Positions 1-9,650 of a DNA stretch of 64,000 nt are shown here, piece by piece; the stretch's first letter is position 1; every line of letters starts with the position of its first letter. The notes under the pieces were generated by a model. It worked only from the letters and a program-made list of their open reading frames with translations, made no database searches and was not told where the DNA came from. The position numbers were made by a program, and so were the translations under genes. The DNA comes from a virus: IMG/VR virus record IMGVR_UViG_3300045974_000806, positions 32,001 to 96,000 of that record. One strand, written 5' to 3'.

Positions 1-111
1 CTGGACGAGACGCCCAGCCTGGACGAGATTGCCGCGCTCCGGAAGCAGTTGGATGACATGGAGGCGGACGTTCGCGCGGACCTGGGCCGGCGCAAGGCGG
101 TGCGGTCATGA
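1..111 (+). CDS. 3' end of a hypothetical protein (truncated by window start)
   Basis: Frame 1 is open from base 1 to TGA at 109-111, overlapping the next ATG (ATGA). Confidence 0.6.
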   Translation: MDETPSLDEIAALRKQLDDMEADVRADLGRRKAVRS

Positions 112-515
112 GCGGCCCGTGGCTCCCTCCGTTGCCGTTGTCTTACGTGCCGCCCGCCACCCCGGACGGCCCCAGCAAGAGCGCGCCCGGGCAGAAGAAA
201 CGGAAGAACTACGGGCCGGAGAGTGAGATGTGGGACGCGCTGAAGGGAACGCGCGTCCACATCCGCCTGCTGGACGGTGACCTTTGCTGGGGCGTCCTGG
301 CCTGGGTGGACGTGTTCACCATTGCCGTGGACCTTGACTCGTTCCTGGCGGGGAAGCGCCTCGACTACGCGGCAAGCCGTGTCAACCCACCGCGCCGGAG
401 GATGATCTACAAGCACGCCATCTCCGACGTGGGCGAGTCCCGCTCCCAGGTTCCGGAAGAGGACCCGGAAGGCCGGCACACCATTCCCCTGGACTCGGAC
501 GTGCGCCGGCCATGA
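108..515 (+). CDS. Hfq-like (Sm-fold) RNA-binding protein
   Basis: VHIRLLDGDLCWGVLAWVDVFTIAV (Sm1-like) and MIYKHAISDV, matching the Hfq Sm2 signature MVYKHAISTV. Confidence 0.75.
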   Translation: MSGPWLPPLPLSYVPPATPDGPSKSAPGQKKRKNYGPESEMWDALKGTRVHIRLLDGDLCWGVLAWVDVFTIAVDLDSFLAGKRLDYAASRVNPPRRRMIYKHAISDVGESRSQVPEEDPEGRHTIPLDSDVRRP

Positions 516-1126
516 GCGCGCTGGCCTTCACCCTGGTGGAGGATTGGAACGTCTACCTGATGCAGACGTTCCACGTTCACCAGATGCGCGCCCAGGGGCG
601 CTACATCGGGACCCGCCGGCCCAATGCGGCCAACGTGGCCATGATGGATGCCATGGTGGAATGGTGCCGCGGCCGGGCCATTGAGCCGCGCCAGTGGCTG
701 TTCTTCCTGTTCAAGCGCACCAACTGGCGGTTCCCCCCGAAGTGGCAAGAGGGCTACCTGATGAGCGAGGCGGCGGCAAAGAAGTTCCGGAAGCCGGCCA
801 AGTACAGCCTTGCGTTCTTCCGCCGGCGGATGGGCGCCGCGGCGGTGGTGGATGACGCCGCCTATGACCCCAACCGGGACATCACGCCGGCAACGGAAGC
901 CCTCAAGGCCCGCTACGCGGAAAGCGGGCAGCAGATGCGGTGCCTGGATGAAACGCTGGTGCGCACCGCCGGCTTCCATCCGCAGTCCCGCGTGTGCGCC
1001 GCGTGCAAGCTGTCCCAGGAATGCGCCCTGGCCCTGGAAGCCGCGGCACCGTTTGCCATCCTGGCCCTCCGTTCCGGAATAATCACCAGCAGCGAAGCTG
1101 AAAGACAGGCCGTCCTCCATGACTGA
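512..1126 (+). CDS. hypothetical protein with C-terminal Cys cluster
   Basis: ATGA-coupled ORF with phage-like codon usage; CAACKLSQEC. Confidence 0.7.
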   Translation: MSALAFTLVEDWNVYLMQTFHVHQMRAQGRYIGTRRPNAANVAMMDAMVEWCRGRAIEPRQWLFFLFKRTNWRFPPKWQEGYLMSEAAAKKFRKPAKYSLAFFRRRMGAAAVVDDAAYDPNRDITPATEALKARYAESGQQMRCLDETLVRTAGFHPQSRVCAACKLSQECALALEAAAPFAILALRSGIITSSEAERQAVLHD

Positions 1127-2621
1127 TGCGCCACCGCCCATCCGGCGCCGCGGAATCCAGAACCCCCAGCAGCCGGGCCTCACGTCCCAGGACACGGAGC
1201 ACCTTCCCCTGGACGCGGACTTCCAGGGCGTGCTCATCAAGATGCTGTTGGAGGACCACGACCTTGCCGCGGGCCTGGGTGGGCACCTCCACCCCACGTT
1301 CTTTGCAAGCCCGGTCCACCGGTGGGCCTGGGACTATTGCCTCCGGTACAAGCAGGACATTGGCGGCTACCCAACGCTGAACTTCCTTGTGTCCTCCGCC
1401 GGCCAGATGCCCGGCAGCGGCCCGCTGTTCTCCGCCACCCTGGCCCAGATTCGGGACCGGCCCATCACGGACGAGGTGGCCGTGCGCACGCAGGCCGTGG
1501 ACTTCATCCGCCGCAGCGTGTTCAAGCGCGCGGTGCTGGACAGCAAAGACCTGTTCAACGCCGGCAAGTACGGCGCCGCCTATGACCTCATGAAGGAACG
1601 CATGGGCGTGCTGGATGCCGTGAGCATTGAGCCGGTGAGCCGCGCGTGGTTCTCGGAAGAGTTCGTGTCCCGCCACATCGAACGCCAGGACCCCACCTAT
1701 CAGGCCAGCGCCATTGCCACCGGCATCCCGCCGCTGGATGGCCGGCCACCCCAGGGCGTGCTGGACGGCGGGTTGCACCTGGGTGAACTGGGCCTGTGGA
1801 TTGCCTATCCCAAGGCCGGCAAGACCACCATGTTGATCAACCTGGGCGCGGTGGCCGTGCGCACGCAGCGCAAGAGGACGCTCCACATTGTGCTTGAGGG
1901 CAGTCTTTCCTACGTGGAGGCCCGCTATGACAGCGTGTTCACCGGTGAACTCTACGTCAACGTGAAGCGGGGCGAGGTGGACGCCCAGAAGTACGCGCGC
2001 GCGTTTGCGGAGATGCAGGAACTCCGGCGCATGCTTGTCATCCGCGACTTCACAAAGACGGGTGACGCCAACATCACGCACGTGGACGGGGAACTGCGGG
2101 ACCTTGCCCGCGGCTTTGGGTTCCAGCCGGAATTGATCGTGCTGGACTACGTGGACCTGCTCCAAGCCAAGTACCGCTATGAGCGCGAGGTGGAGGCGGC
2201 CAAGGCGGCCATGCAAGACTTGAAGAACCTTGCCAACCGCGGCTACGCGGTGTGGAGCGCGTCCCAGGTCCAACGCCCGACGGACGATGAGTACCAGCAC
2301 CGCCAGCACACCCTGGTGAGCAAGAACATTGCGGACTGTTACGCCAAGGTGCGCATTGCTGACTTTGTGGGGAGCATCAACCAGACGGTGGCGGAGCGGG
2401 AACAGGGCGTGATGCGCCTCTTTGCGGAACTGTACCGGGACGGCCCCAGCGGCGTGAACATCCAGATCAACACGGACTTCACCACCATGACGTTCAGCGG
2501 CGGTTCCGCGGTCGTCACGCCGGCACCTGGGCCTGAGCGTTCAACGGACGCGTCAGTGCAGGCAACCAAGCCCATGCTCTACAAGACCGGAGGCTACCAA
2601 CAGAAGCGCGGAGTGACGTGA
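1119..2621 (+). CDS. dnaB: DnaB-like replicative helicase
   Basis: Walker A AYPKAGKTT, VLDYVDLL, WSASQVQR; next to primase. Confidence 0.92.
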   Translation: MTDAPPPIRRRGIQNPQQPGLTSQDTEHLPLDADFQGVLIKMLLEDHDLAAGLGGHLHPTFFASPVHRWAWDYCLRYKQDIGGYPTLNFLVSSAGQMPGSGPLFSATLAQIRDRPITDEVAVRTQAVDFIRRSVFKRAVLDSKDLFNAGKYGAAYDLMKERMGVLDAVSIEPVSRAWFSEEFVSRHIERQDPTYQASAIATGIPPLDGRPPQGVLDGGLHLGELGLWIAYPKAGKTTMLINLGAVAVRTQRKRTLHIVLEGSLSYVEARYDSVFTGELYVNVKRGEVDAQKYARAFAEMQELRRMLVIRDFTKTGDANITHVDGELRDLARGFGFQPELIVLDYVDLLQAKYRYEREVEAAKAAMQDLKNLANRGYAVWSASQVQRPTDDEYQHRQHTLVSKNIADCYAKVRIADFVGSINQTVAEREQGVMRLFAELYRDGPSGVNIQINTDFTTMTFSGGSAVVTPAPGPERSTDASVQATKPMLYKTGGYQQKRGVT

Positions 2622-3691
2622 TGGATGAACTGACCCTGGCCCTTCAACGGTTTGACCTGCTGGCCTACGTGGAGGCCAAGGGCGCGGTGAAGGACGGCCG
2701 TGACGAGATGGTGTTGTTTTGCCCGCAGTGCGAGACGGAGAAGCTGACCGTGAACCCGCACAACCGCATGTGGCGGTGCTTCCGGTGTGAGTACCTGACG
2801 GAGACGGGCGCGCTGCACGGCGCCAAGCCCCGGGGCAACGTGTTCCAACTGGTGGAGTGGCTGGAAGGCACGTCCAAGCGTGACACCGCGCGGTTCATCC
2901 TTGAGCGCGCTTCCGGACAGACCGCGGACGCCATGGCCGGCCCCCTGGTGACGGACTTTGCACCGGTGGTGACGCACGCGCTCAAACGCCCCACGGGCCT
3001 TCCGGAATCTTGTGTTGCAATCACCGCAATCTTGCCGTACATGAAACGGCGCGGCATCACATTGGAGGACGCGGCGATGTTTGGCTTGGGGCATGTGCCG
3101 GCGGAGGCGGGCGGGTGGTTGGCCAACCGGATCATCTTTCCGGTGTGGGACCGCGGCCAGTGTCTCTATTGGCAGGCCCGCGCGTGCTGGGACGTGCATG
3201 AGCACGTGGCCCGCTGGCCCGGTGACAAGTTCCGGAAGAGCCTGAACCCGTCCAGTGAGCGCAACGGCCAGTTCTTCCTGGGTTCGTCTGACGTGGTGGG
3301 CAACTTGGAGAGCGCAGTGGCGTGCAGCCCGCGCCCGGTGATCGTGGAAGGCCCCACGTCCGGAATCCGCACAGGCCCGGACGCCATGTGGACGTTCGGC
3401 AAGAACCTCTACCCGGCCCAGGTGGTGCGGATGGTGGAGCACGGCGTGCGCGCGGTGGACTTCATGTGGGACGGCCCGTCCGCTCCGGACGCCGCCGGCG
3501 TGCGCAAGGAGCCCCTGGGCGCGTGGCCGGACATGCTGCGCCACGCCCCCACGCTGGTGAGTGCCGGCATTGACGTGCGCGTGGTGTTCATCCCCCAGGG
3601 GGACCCGGGCGACTATTCCAGGGCAGAAGTGGCGGAGATGCGGCGGGTTTGGTCCCGCCCGTTCGCGGAGGTGTCAACGTGGTCGCTGTGA
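2618..3691 (+). CDS. DNA primase (Zn finger + TOPRIM)
   Basis: CPQC...WRCFRC, RIIFPV, IVEG, WDG, DPGD. Confidence 0.9.
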   Translation: MMDELTLALQRFDLLAYVEAKGAVKDGRDEMVLFCPQCETEKLTVNPHNRMWRCFRCEYLTETGALHGAKPRGNVFQLVEWLEGTSKRDTARFILERASGQTADAMAGPLVTDFAPVVTHALKRPTGLPESCVAITAILPYMKRRGITLEDAAMFGLGHVPAEAGGWLANRIIFPVWDRGQCLYWQARACWDVHEHVARWPGDKFRKSLNPSSERNGQFFLGSSDVVGNLESAVACSPRPVIVEGPTSGIRTGPDAMWTFGKNLYPAQVVRMVEHGVRAVDFMWDGPSAPDAAGVRKEPLGAWPDMLRHAPTLVSAGIDVRVVFIPQGDPGDYSRAEVAEMRRVWSRPFAEVSTWSL

Positions 3692-3930
3692 AGAAGAAGC
3701 GCGCCGGGAAGTTCCAGCATCCGGAACGGCGCAAGATGACTGTCCTGCTGGCTCCGGAACTGTATCGGGGCCTGGAAGACGTCTGCCAAAGCATGGGCGC
3801 GTCAAAGAACACCGTGGCGCTCATGGGCATTGCCTGGATGACGTATCTTCTCCATGGGATGCGTGAAGGGGACACGCGGATGGCCAAGCACGTGTTGTTG
3901 AAGCACCTTGAAACATGCCTTCCTGGGTGA
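3679..3930 (+). CDS. ribbon-helix-helix-like small DNA-binding protein
   Basis: SD GGAGGT before GTG 3679; KMTVLLAPELYRGLEDVCQSMGASKNTV pattern. Confidence 0.5.
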   Translation: MVAVKKKRAGKFQHPERRKMTVLLAPELYRGLEDVCQSMGASKNTVALMGIAWMTYLLHGMREGDTRMAKHVLLKHLETCLPG

Positions 3931-3979
3931 GCCGGGAAGTGCTTTGGCCCGGCCGGACGGCCCGGGCGCGGAGTGATGG

Positions 3980-4435
3980 ATGGACCAGACCAAGGCGGTG
4001 CGCGCCCTCGCGCGCAAGTTCCGGCGTTCCAGCGATGACGACTGGGATGGCCTGACACAGGAAGACTGGGAGCAGGAACTCCGGATTGCGTGGTGGCTGG
4101 CGGAGAAGTCCGGAAAGCCACCGGTGCTGGGCGCCTACTTCCGCGCCAGGGAATTGCAGCGCACCCGCTGGGCCGCGTTCCGGATGCGTGAAAGGGTCCT
4201 GGCGGTGCAGCACCTCCAAAAGGAGGCGGACCCGCTGACGGACCCCGCCCAACACACGTCGGCTTGTATCCGGAATGCCCACAGCCTACTGTCTCCGGAA
4301 CTGTGGGACGTGATGAACTGCATGGGCGCTGGGATGTCCACACCTGAAGTGGCGGCGGAGTTCGGTTGGACCCGCGCCACAGCAGGCCGGCGCATCCAAG
4401 CGGCCCGGGAGCAGGCCCACCACATCCTGAAGTAG
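3980..4435 (+). CDS. phage sigma-factor-like protein (ECF-sized)
   Basis: EDWEQELRIAWW (region 2-like) and GMSTPEVAAEFGWTRATAGRRIQAAR (region 4 HTH). Confidence 0.65.
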   Translation: MDQTKAVRALARKFRRSSDDDWDGLTQEDWEQELRIAWWLAEKSGKPPVLGAYFRARELQRTRWAAFRMRERVLAVQHLQKEADPLTDPAQHTSACIRNAHSLLSPELWDVMNCMGAGMSTPEVAAEFGWTRATAGRRIQAAREQAHHILK

Positions 4436-4444
4436 GAGCGGACC

Positions 4445-5464
4445 ATGCCGGTGCAGATCAAGCGCGACGAACGGACGGACGAATCCCTGGTGACGGACCA
4501 ACCCTGTTACGGGGAGATGTTCGCCGCGGATGACCCGGAGTGCCGGCACAACTGCGCCGCGCGGGACCTGTGCATGGACCGGACCCTGCGCGCCACCATT
4601 CCGGAACGCATGGGCCTCAAGCAGGTCCCCAACGTGCCGGCCAGCTACACCGCCCAGCGCATTGCCCTGGTGCTGGATTCGACGGAGCAGACCGCCCAGG
4701 CCCTGGTGGACCTGCGCCGCGGGAAGACCCCGGATCTTGCGCTGGGCATCACCACCCCAGAAGACGACGACACCGCGGCGGACATTGATGCCGTGGTTGA
4801 CATGGTGTCCACCATGCAGGCACAACCGCCTGCCATTCCGGAACATCCGGAACCCGCACCCAAGGAGACGGCGATGAAGAAGCCGGAGAAGAAGAAGGCC
4901 GCCGCGAAGGTGGCAAAGAAGCCGGCGGCAAAGAAGGCCGCCCCCAAGAAGACCCCCGCCCCCAAGAAGGCCAAAGTGAAGACGGCCAAGGCCATCAAGG
5001 GTGAGGCGGACGAAGCGTCCCTGGGCGCCTGGACGCGTGAGCGCGCGCGTTCCGCCTGGGTGCGCGGACTGCCCCCTGGCGCCGCGTTTGAGCGTGAGTT
5101 CCACGGCAAGGTCTACACCCTCAAGGTGGACCTGACAGACCGCCGCTACCTGCTGAACGGCAAGCCCTTCCCCACCGTCTACGCGGCCACCGCCGCGGTG
5201 GTGGGCAAGGCCGAGTCCGCCACGGCAGACGGCGGGACCCGCACCATGCCGGCGTGGTCCTCCCAGCGGTTCTGGGCTCCCAAGAGCAAGGCCAAGGGCA
5301 AGGCCGCCGGCAAGAAGGCCGCGCCCGTCAAGAAGGCCAAGGGCAAGGCCGTCAAGGTCAAGCCGGTGAAGGCGCCCCAGGTTCCGGAAGCCCCCAAGGC
5401 GCCGGCCCTGCCCCCGCCCATCACCAAGCCTTCCGCGGTTCCGGAACTGGCCCTGGCCGGCTGA
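4445..5464 (+). CDS. putative DNA-binding protein: Cys cluster, Lys/Ala/Pro histone-like tracts, DUF2924-like domain
   Basis: CYGEMF..C...C.....C; KKPAAKKAAPKK tracts; LPPGAAFEREFHGKVYTLKV...YLLNGKPFPTV...WSSQRFW. Confidence 0.6.
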   Translation: MPVQIKRDERTDESLVTDQPCYGEMFAADDPECRHNCAARDLCMDRTLRATIPERMGLKQVPNVPASYTAQRIALVLDSTEQTAQALVDLRRGKTPDLALGITTPEDDDTAADIDAVVDMVSTMQAQPPAIPEHPEPAPKETAMKKPEKKKAAAKVAKKPAAKKAAPKKTPAPKKAKVKTAKAIKGEADEASLGAWTRERARSAWVRGLPPGAAFEREFHGKVYTLKVDLTDRRYLLNGKPFPTVYAATAAVVGKAESATADGGTRTMPAWSSQRFWAPKSKAKGKAAGKKAAPVKKAKGKAVKVKPVKAPQVPEAPKAPALPPPITKPSAVPELALAG

Positions 5465-5580
5465 GATACGCAACGTCGGTCAGACCGGACTTGGACCGAC
5501 GTTATGTATCAGTTCCTGCAACAACCCCGTGACCTGACGGGCCGCGCTGCATGGTGAGTGCAGGCGGCAGCAGGGGAGGT
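5465..5580 (+). promoter_or_regulatory. structured intergenic leader upstream of DNA polymerase
   Basis: 10-bp perfect inverted repeat (5472-5481/5494-5503), further stems at 5515-5574, then SD GGAGGT at 5575-5580. Confidence 0.45.
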
Positions 5581-5588
5581 GGTTCCCA

Positions 5589-7643
5589 TTGTTCGCGCAA
5601 CTGCGTGCGTTTGAATACCAGCGTGACGACCCGCGCCACCGCGTCATCCGCACGGTGCCGGAGTTCCAGAACGCCATCCACTGGCTTGCCCAGCAGCCCA
5701 CCCTGGCGGTGGACACGGAAACCTCCGGCCTCGCTTGGTACAGAGACGCCAGCGTGTGCGGCGTTGCCATGGGCGCAATGCGCGAGGGTGCGCCGCAATG
5801 CTTCTACTTCCCGGTGAGGCACCAGACCGGGGAGGTGCAACTTCCCCCGGACATTGTGTTTGCCGCGGTGCGGGACATCCTGGCCAACCCGGCCCTGGAA
5901 ACCATCTGGCACAACAAGAAGTTCGACCAACACATGCTCCGTCGGGAGCGCGTCCACATCCTGGGCCGTGCCCGGGACACCATGGTGGAGGCGCAACTGG
6001 CGGACGAGAACGCGCCCCTGGCCCTCAAGGCCCGCGCCCTGGCGGACCTGGGCGACAAGCGCGCCCACGCGTTTGAGGACACCCTGGACCGCGCGGTGGG
6101 CCGGCTGGCCAAAGAGGCCAAGTGCAAGAAGACAGAGTTCAGGGACCGCTACGGATACGCGCGCGTGGATGTGATGCTGGCCGGCATCTACGCGTGCTGG
6201 GACATCGACTTCACCCTGGGCCTCGCCAACACGTATGACCGCCGCGGCATCCGGCAGTTCTTCCGGAACACGTATGAGACGGAGATCGCGTTGATCGACG
6301 TCCTGTGCGAGATGGAAGAGAACGGGATGCCCGTCAACCGGGACTACCTTGAGTGGCTGGCCGGCGAGACGGATGCAGCCAAGGACGCGCTGCTCCCCCA
6401 GATCCACGCCGCGGCCGGTGGCTACGTGTTCCGTCCGGAAGAGGACGCGGAGGTGGTTCACGTCCTGACCAAGCGCCTGGGCGTGCAACTCACAAAGGAG
6501 ACAAAGGCCAGCAAGAAGGCGCGGTGGAACAGCGACGAGGAACACGTGCCAGTGTTCACCGTGGACGCGGAGGTGCTGGGCGCGCTGGCCGCGGAACACC
6601 CCGTGTGCAAGCTGATCCTCGACTACCGGGAGGCCGCGAAGATTCGCGGCACGTACACCACGTCCATCATTGAGCGCATTGGTCATGACGGGAACGTGCA
6701 TGGCGACTTCAAGCAACTGGGCACCAACACCGGCCGCATGAGCAGTGAGAAGCCCAACCTTCAGAACGTCAGCAGCGACAGCAATGACCGCGCAATCGCG
6801 CACAGCGGCCTGCCCCTGAAGAAAGGCGGCCAGGACCCGTGGAGCATCAAGCGCGCGTTCACCAACCGCGGCCCAGGGAAGCGCCGCATCTACAACGACT
6901 ATTCGCAGATCGAATTGCGCGTGCTGGCCTACTACTCGCGGGACCCGGTGATGATGGAGACGTACCTTGACCCCAAGGGCGACATCCACACGCGCACGTC
7001 CATGGAGGTGTTTGGGTCCGCGGATGAAGAGATGCGCCGGGACGCCAAGGTGATCAATTTTGGCCTCTCCTACTGCATGAGCGCCATTGGCTACGCGCGC
7101 AACACGGGCAAGTCCGAGGCCCAGGGCGAAGAGGACATGGAGAGGTTTTTCCGTCGGTACGGCCGCATTGAGCCGTTCCGTGAAGAGTTCTGGCGCCTGT
7201 GCCGGCAGAACGGCGCGGCTTCCGGCACCGCCCCACACTTCCAGAATATGTTCGGCAGGCCACGCCGCATTCCGGACCTGAACTCGCGCAACAAGTGGGA
7301 ACGCATGCGCGCGGAGCGGCAAGCAATCGGGTCCCTCATCCAGGGGACCGCCGCGGAACTCACCAAGGAATCCCTGGTGCGCATCTGGCGGTGGGAACAG
7401 AAGGCGCGCACGGGCCTCATGCTGTGCAGCACGATTCACGACGAGATTAGCTTTGACGTTGACGAGGTGCTGACGGAGCCAGTCCTGGCGGCCGTGGTGC
7501 CAATGCTTGAGACGTTTCCGCAGTTCAACCCGGTTCCCATCCTTGTTGACTCTTCCTACAGCGACACGGATTGGAGCGAGAAAAAGAAGTTCAAGAAGGG
7601 ATTGGTGAAGCATGTTTGGGAACCAGCAAACAGTGACGCTTGA
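5589..7643 (+). CDS. polA: family A DNA polymerase with 3'-5' exonuclease
   Basis: DTETSG, HNKKFD, YACWD (exo); DYSQIELR, KVINFGLSY, IQGTAA, HDE (pol). TTG start with good SD. Confidence 0.95.
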   Translation: MFAQLRAFEYQRDDPRHRVIRTVPEFQNAIHWLAQQPTLAVDTETSGLAWYRDASVCGVAMGAMREGAPQCFYFPVRHQTGEVQLPPDIVFAAVRDILANPALETIWHNKKFDQHMLRRERVHILGRARDTMVEAQLADENAPLALKARALADLGDKRAHAFEDTLDRAVGRLAKEAKCKKTEFRDRYGYARVDVMLAGIYACWDIDFTLGLANTYDRRGIRQFFRNTYETEIALIDVLCEMEENGMPVNRDYLEWLAGETDAAKDALLPQIHAAAGGYVFRPEEDAEVVHVLTKRLGVQLTKETKASKKARWNSDEEHVPVFTVDAEVLGALAAEHPVCKLILDYREAAKIRGTYTTSIIERIGHDGNVHGDFKQLGTNTGRMSSEKPNLQNVSSDSNDRAIAHSGLPLKKGGQDPWSIKRAFTNRGPGKRRIYNDYSQIELRVLAYYSRDPVMMETYLDPKGDIHTRTSMEVFGSADEEMRRDAKVINFGLSYCMSAIGYARNTGKSEAQGEEDMERFFRRYGRIEPFREEFWRLCRQNGAASGTAPHFQNMFGRPRRIPDLNSRNKWERMRAERQAIGSLIQGTAAELTKESLVRIWRWEQKARTGLMLCSTIHDEISFDVDEVLTEPVLAAVVPMLETFPQFNPVPILVDSSYSDTDWSEKKKFKKGLVKHVWEPANSDA

Positions 7644-8133
7644 CGCCTACGTGCAGCGGCTTTCACAGATGACGGAGCCGGTGACCATGTGGACCCTGGA
7701 CGCCAACGGCGAGGTGATTCCACACTTTCAGGTGGATGGCGCGATCATCCAGAACCTGATGGTGGATGAAGCCACGCTCCGCTCCCAGGTGGACCGCATT
7801 GCGAGTGAACAGATGCACTGGGGGCGCATCACCGCGCGCCAGCAGCGGTGCCACGCGGTGCGGGAACGCCAACTCCGCCAGTGGAAGGCGCGCGTGGAAT
7901 TGGAGTTCCGGAAGGCCCAGGACGACCTGGGCAAGAAAACCACGGAGGCCATGGTGGAAGCCCACTACAGGACCGCCCCGGAATACGCGGTGGTTCAGGT
8001 GAACGTGGAGGCTTGCGCGGAGGCGGCCATGGTGGCGGACGTGATCTACTCCGCGTTCCGCAGCAAGCGGGAGATGCTGCGCACGGACATTGTGCGCGTC
8101 CCCGACGGCAGCCTGCAACGTCTTTCACCCTAG
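7612..8133 (+). CDS. helical protein, possibly a UvsY-like recombination mediator
   Basis: KTTEAMVEAHYRTAPEY; sits between pol and ssb/recA. Function is inferred. Confidence 0.4.
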   Translation: MFGNQQTVTLDAYVQRLSQMTEPVTMWTLDANGEVIPHFQVDGAIIQNLMVDEATLRSQVDRIASEQMHWGRITARQQRCHAVRERQLRQWKARVELEFRKAQDDLGKKTTEAMVEAHYRTAPEYAVVQVNVEACAEAAMVADVIYSAFRSKREMLRTDIVRVPDGSLQRLSP

Positions 8134-8164
8134 GTGAGACGTTTCCGGCCCAGGACACTACCTA
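8134..8164 (+). promoter_or_regulatory. class-2 repeated promoter-like motif GTGAGACGTTT-N11-CACTACCTA (copy 1)
   Basis: Same 31-bp layout at 26418 and 29604, each just upstream of an SD and ATG. Confidence 0.7.
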
Positions 8165-8186
8165 CAAAGAAGAGAGGGAATCACCC

Positions 8187-9647
8187 ATGAACAACCCCTA
8201 CCAGCAGCAGCCCCCGCAGCAGTTCCCCCAGCAACCCCAACAGCAACAGCAGTGGGCGCAGCCGCAGATGGCCGGCCCGCCCATGCAGCAGCAGATGCCG
8301 CAGCAGCAGTGGATGGGCCAGCCCGGAATGCCCATGCCCCAGCAGCAGTGGATGGGCCAGCCCGGAATGCCCATGCCCCAGCAGGCTCCCCAGGGCATGC
8401 CCATGCCCTCCCAGGCTCCGGCGGCACCACCGCCCCCGCTGCCCACCGTGCAGTCCCTCCCCCAGTACCAAGGCACGGACGCCGCCATGGTGGCCGCCGC
8501 CTACGCCGCGGCGGAGGAAGAGCGCGCCCGCCAGACGGAAGCGCGCAACCGCCAGGGCCTGTCCTACTGGGATGGCCCCAAGTGCCCCACCGGCCAGAAG
8601 TGGGGACAGGCCCCCAAGGGCGCCAAGGCCACCGCCTACGTGTGGCTGTGCCCCACGGCGGTGCCGGGCACGCTCCCCTTCCGGAAGGTGGACACGCACT
8701 TTTGGAAGTCCGCGGCATACCCCAAGGGCGTGAGCATCCTGTGCCTGGGCGCCGCGTGCCCGCTCTGCACGGCCCGCAACCTGTTGTTCTCCACGGGCAA
8801 CGCCGCGGATGCAGAGAAGGCCAACGCCATGCGGCGCGCGCGCACGCAGGCGTATTGGAGCATCATCTCCCTGGACGACCCCTATGAGATGCTTGACACC
8901 AAGACGGGCCAGATGGCGCCCCTGGTGTGGCGCATGCCCGGCGGGACCCACCAAGACCTGATGGACTGCTTCAAGATGGTGGAGGAGATGACCCGCAAGA
9001 CCAACGCGGCCGTCCCCGTGGGTTCCGGAATGGACCTGTGCGTCAACCCCCAGCACGGCCGCGCGTTCGCCGTGACCAAGGAGAAAGTGGGGGCCGCCGA
9101 GATGAATATTGAGTGGAAGATCCAGCAGTGTGACAGCAGCGCGCTCCCCCAGCAGTTCTGGCCGGCGCTCTACAACCTCAAGCCCCTGGACAACTTGGAC
9201 CGCGCTCCCACGCAGGACATTGTGCGGCAGGCCATGACGGACCTGGGCTTGCCGTGGTTCCCCACGGTCACGCAACTGTGGCAGGCCCTCCCGGCAGCCG
9301 CGGCCCCCGCCGCCGGCGCACCCCAGCAGCCCCAGGCCGGCGGGTTCATGCAGCAGCCCGTCCAGGCCATCCCTGGCGGCGCCATGCAGGCCATGCAGCA
9401 GCAGGTCCCGGTCATGCAGCAGGCCCCCCAGCCCATGATGCAGCAGCAGCCCCAGCAGCAGTGGGCAGGCCAGATGCCGGCCCAGGGCATGACGCAGATG
9501 GGCGGACCCCAGATGCCACAGGCCCAGGTGTTCCAGGCCGGCCCCACGGTGCAGCAGATGAACGCGGTCTACGGCCCGCCCGGCCAGCAGCAGCAGCCCC
9601 AGCAGCAGAACGTCCCGCAACTCATCCAGCAACTCCACGGGCGGTGA
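8187..9647 (+). CDS. gp32-like single-stranded DNA-binding protein with Q/P/M-rich termini
   Basis: HFWK...CLGAACPLC Zn motif, YWSII, NPQHGRAFAVTK; directly upstream of recA. Start placed at ATG 8187 after SD. Confidence 0.7.
   Translation: MNNPYQQQPPQQFPQQPQQQQQWAQPQMAGPPMQQQMPQQQWMGQPGMPMPQQQWMGQPGMPMPQQAPQGMPMPSQAPAAPPPPLPTVQSLPQYQGTDAAMVAAAYAAAEEERARQTEARNRQGLSYWDGPKCPTGQKWGQAPKGAKATAYVWLCPTAVPGTLPFRKVDTHFWKSAAYPKGVSILCLGAACPLCTARNLLFSTGNAADAEKANAMRRARTQAYWSIISLDDPYEMLDTKTGQMAPLVWRMPGGTHQDLMDCFKMVEEMTRKTNAAVPVGSGMDLCVNPQHGRAFAVTKEKVGAAEMNIEWKIQQCDSSALPQQFWPALYNLKPLDNLDRAPTQDIVRQAMTDLGLPWFPTVTQLWQALPAAAAPAAGAPQQPQAGGFMQQPVQAIPGGAMQAMQQQVPVMQQAPQPMMQQQPQQQWAGQMPAQGMTQMGGPQMPQAQVFQAGPTVQQMNAVYGPPGQQQQPQQQNVPQLIQQLHGR
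8301..8378 (+). repeat. tandem 39-bp duplication encoding QQQWMGQPGMPMP x2
   Basis: cagcagcagtggatgggccagcccggaatgcccatgccc occurs twice. Confidence 0.85.
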
Positions 9648-9650
9648 CAC

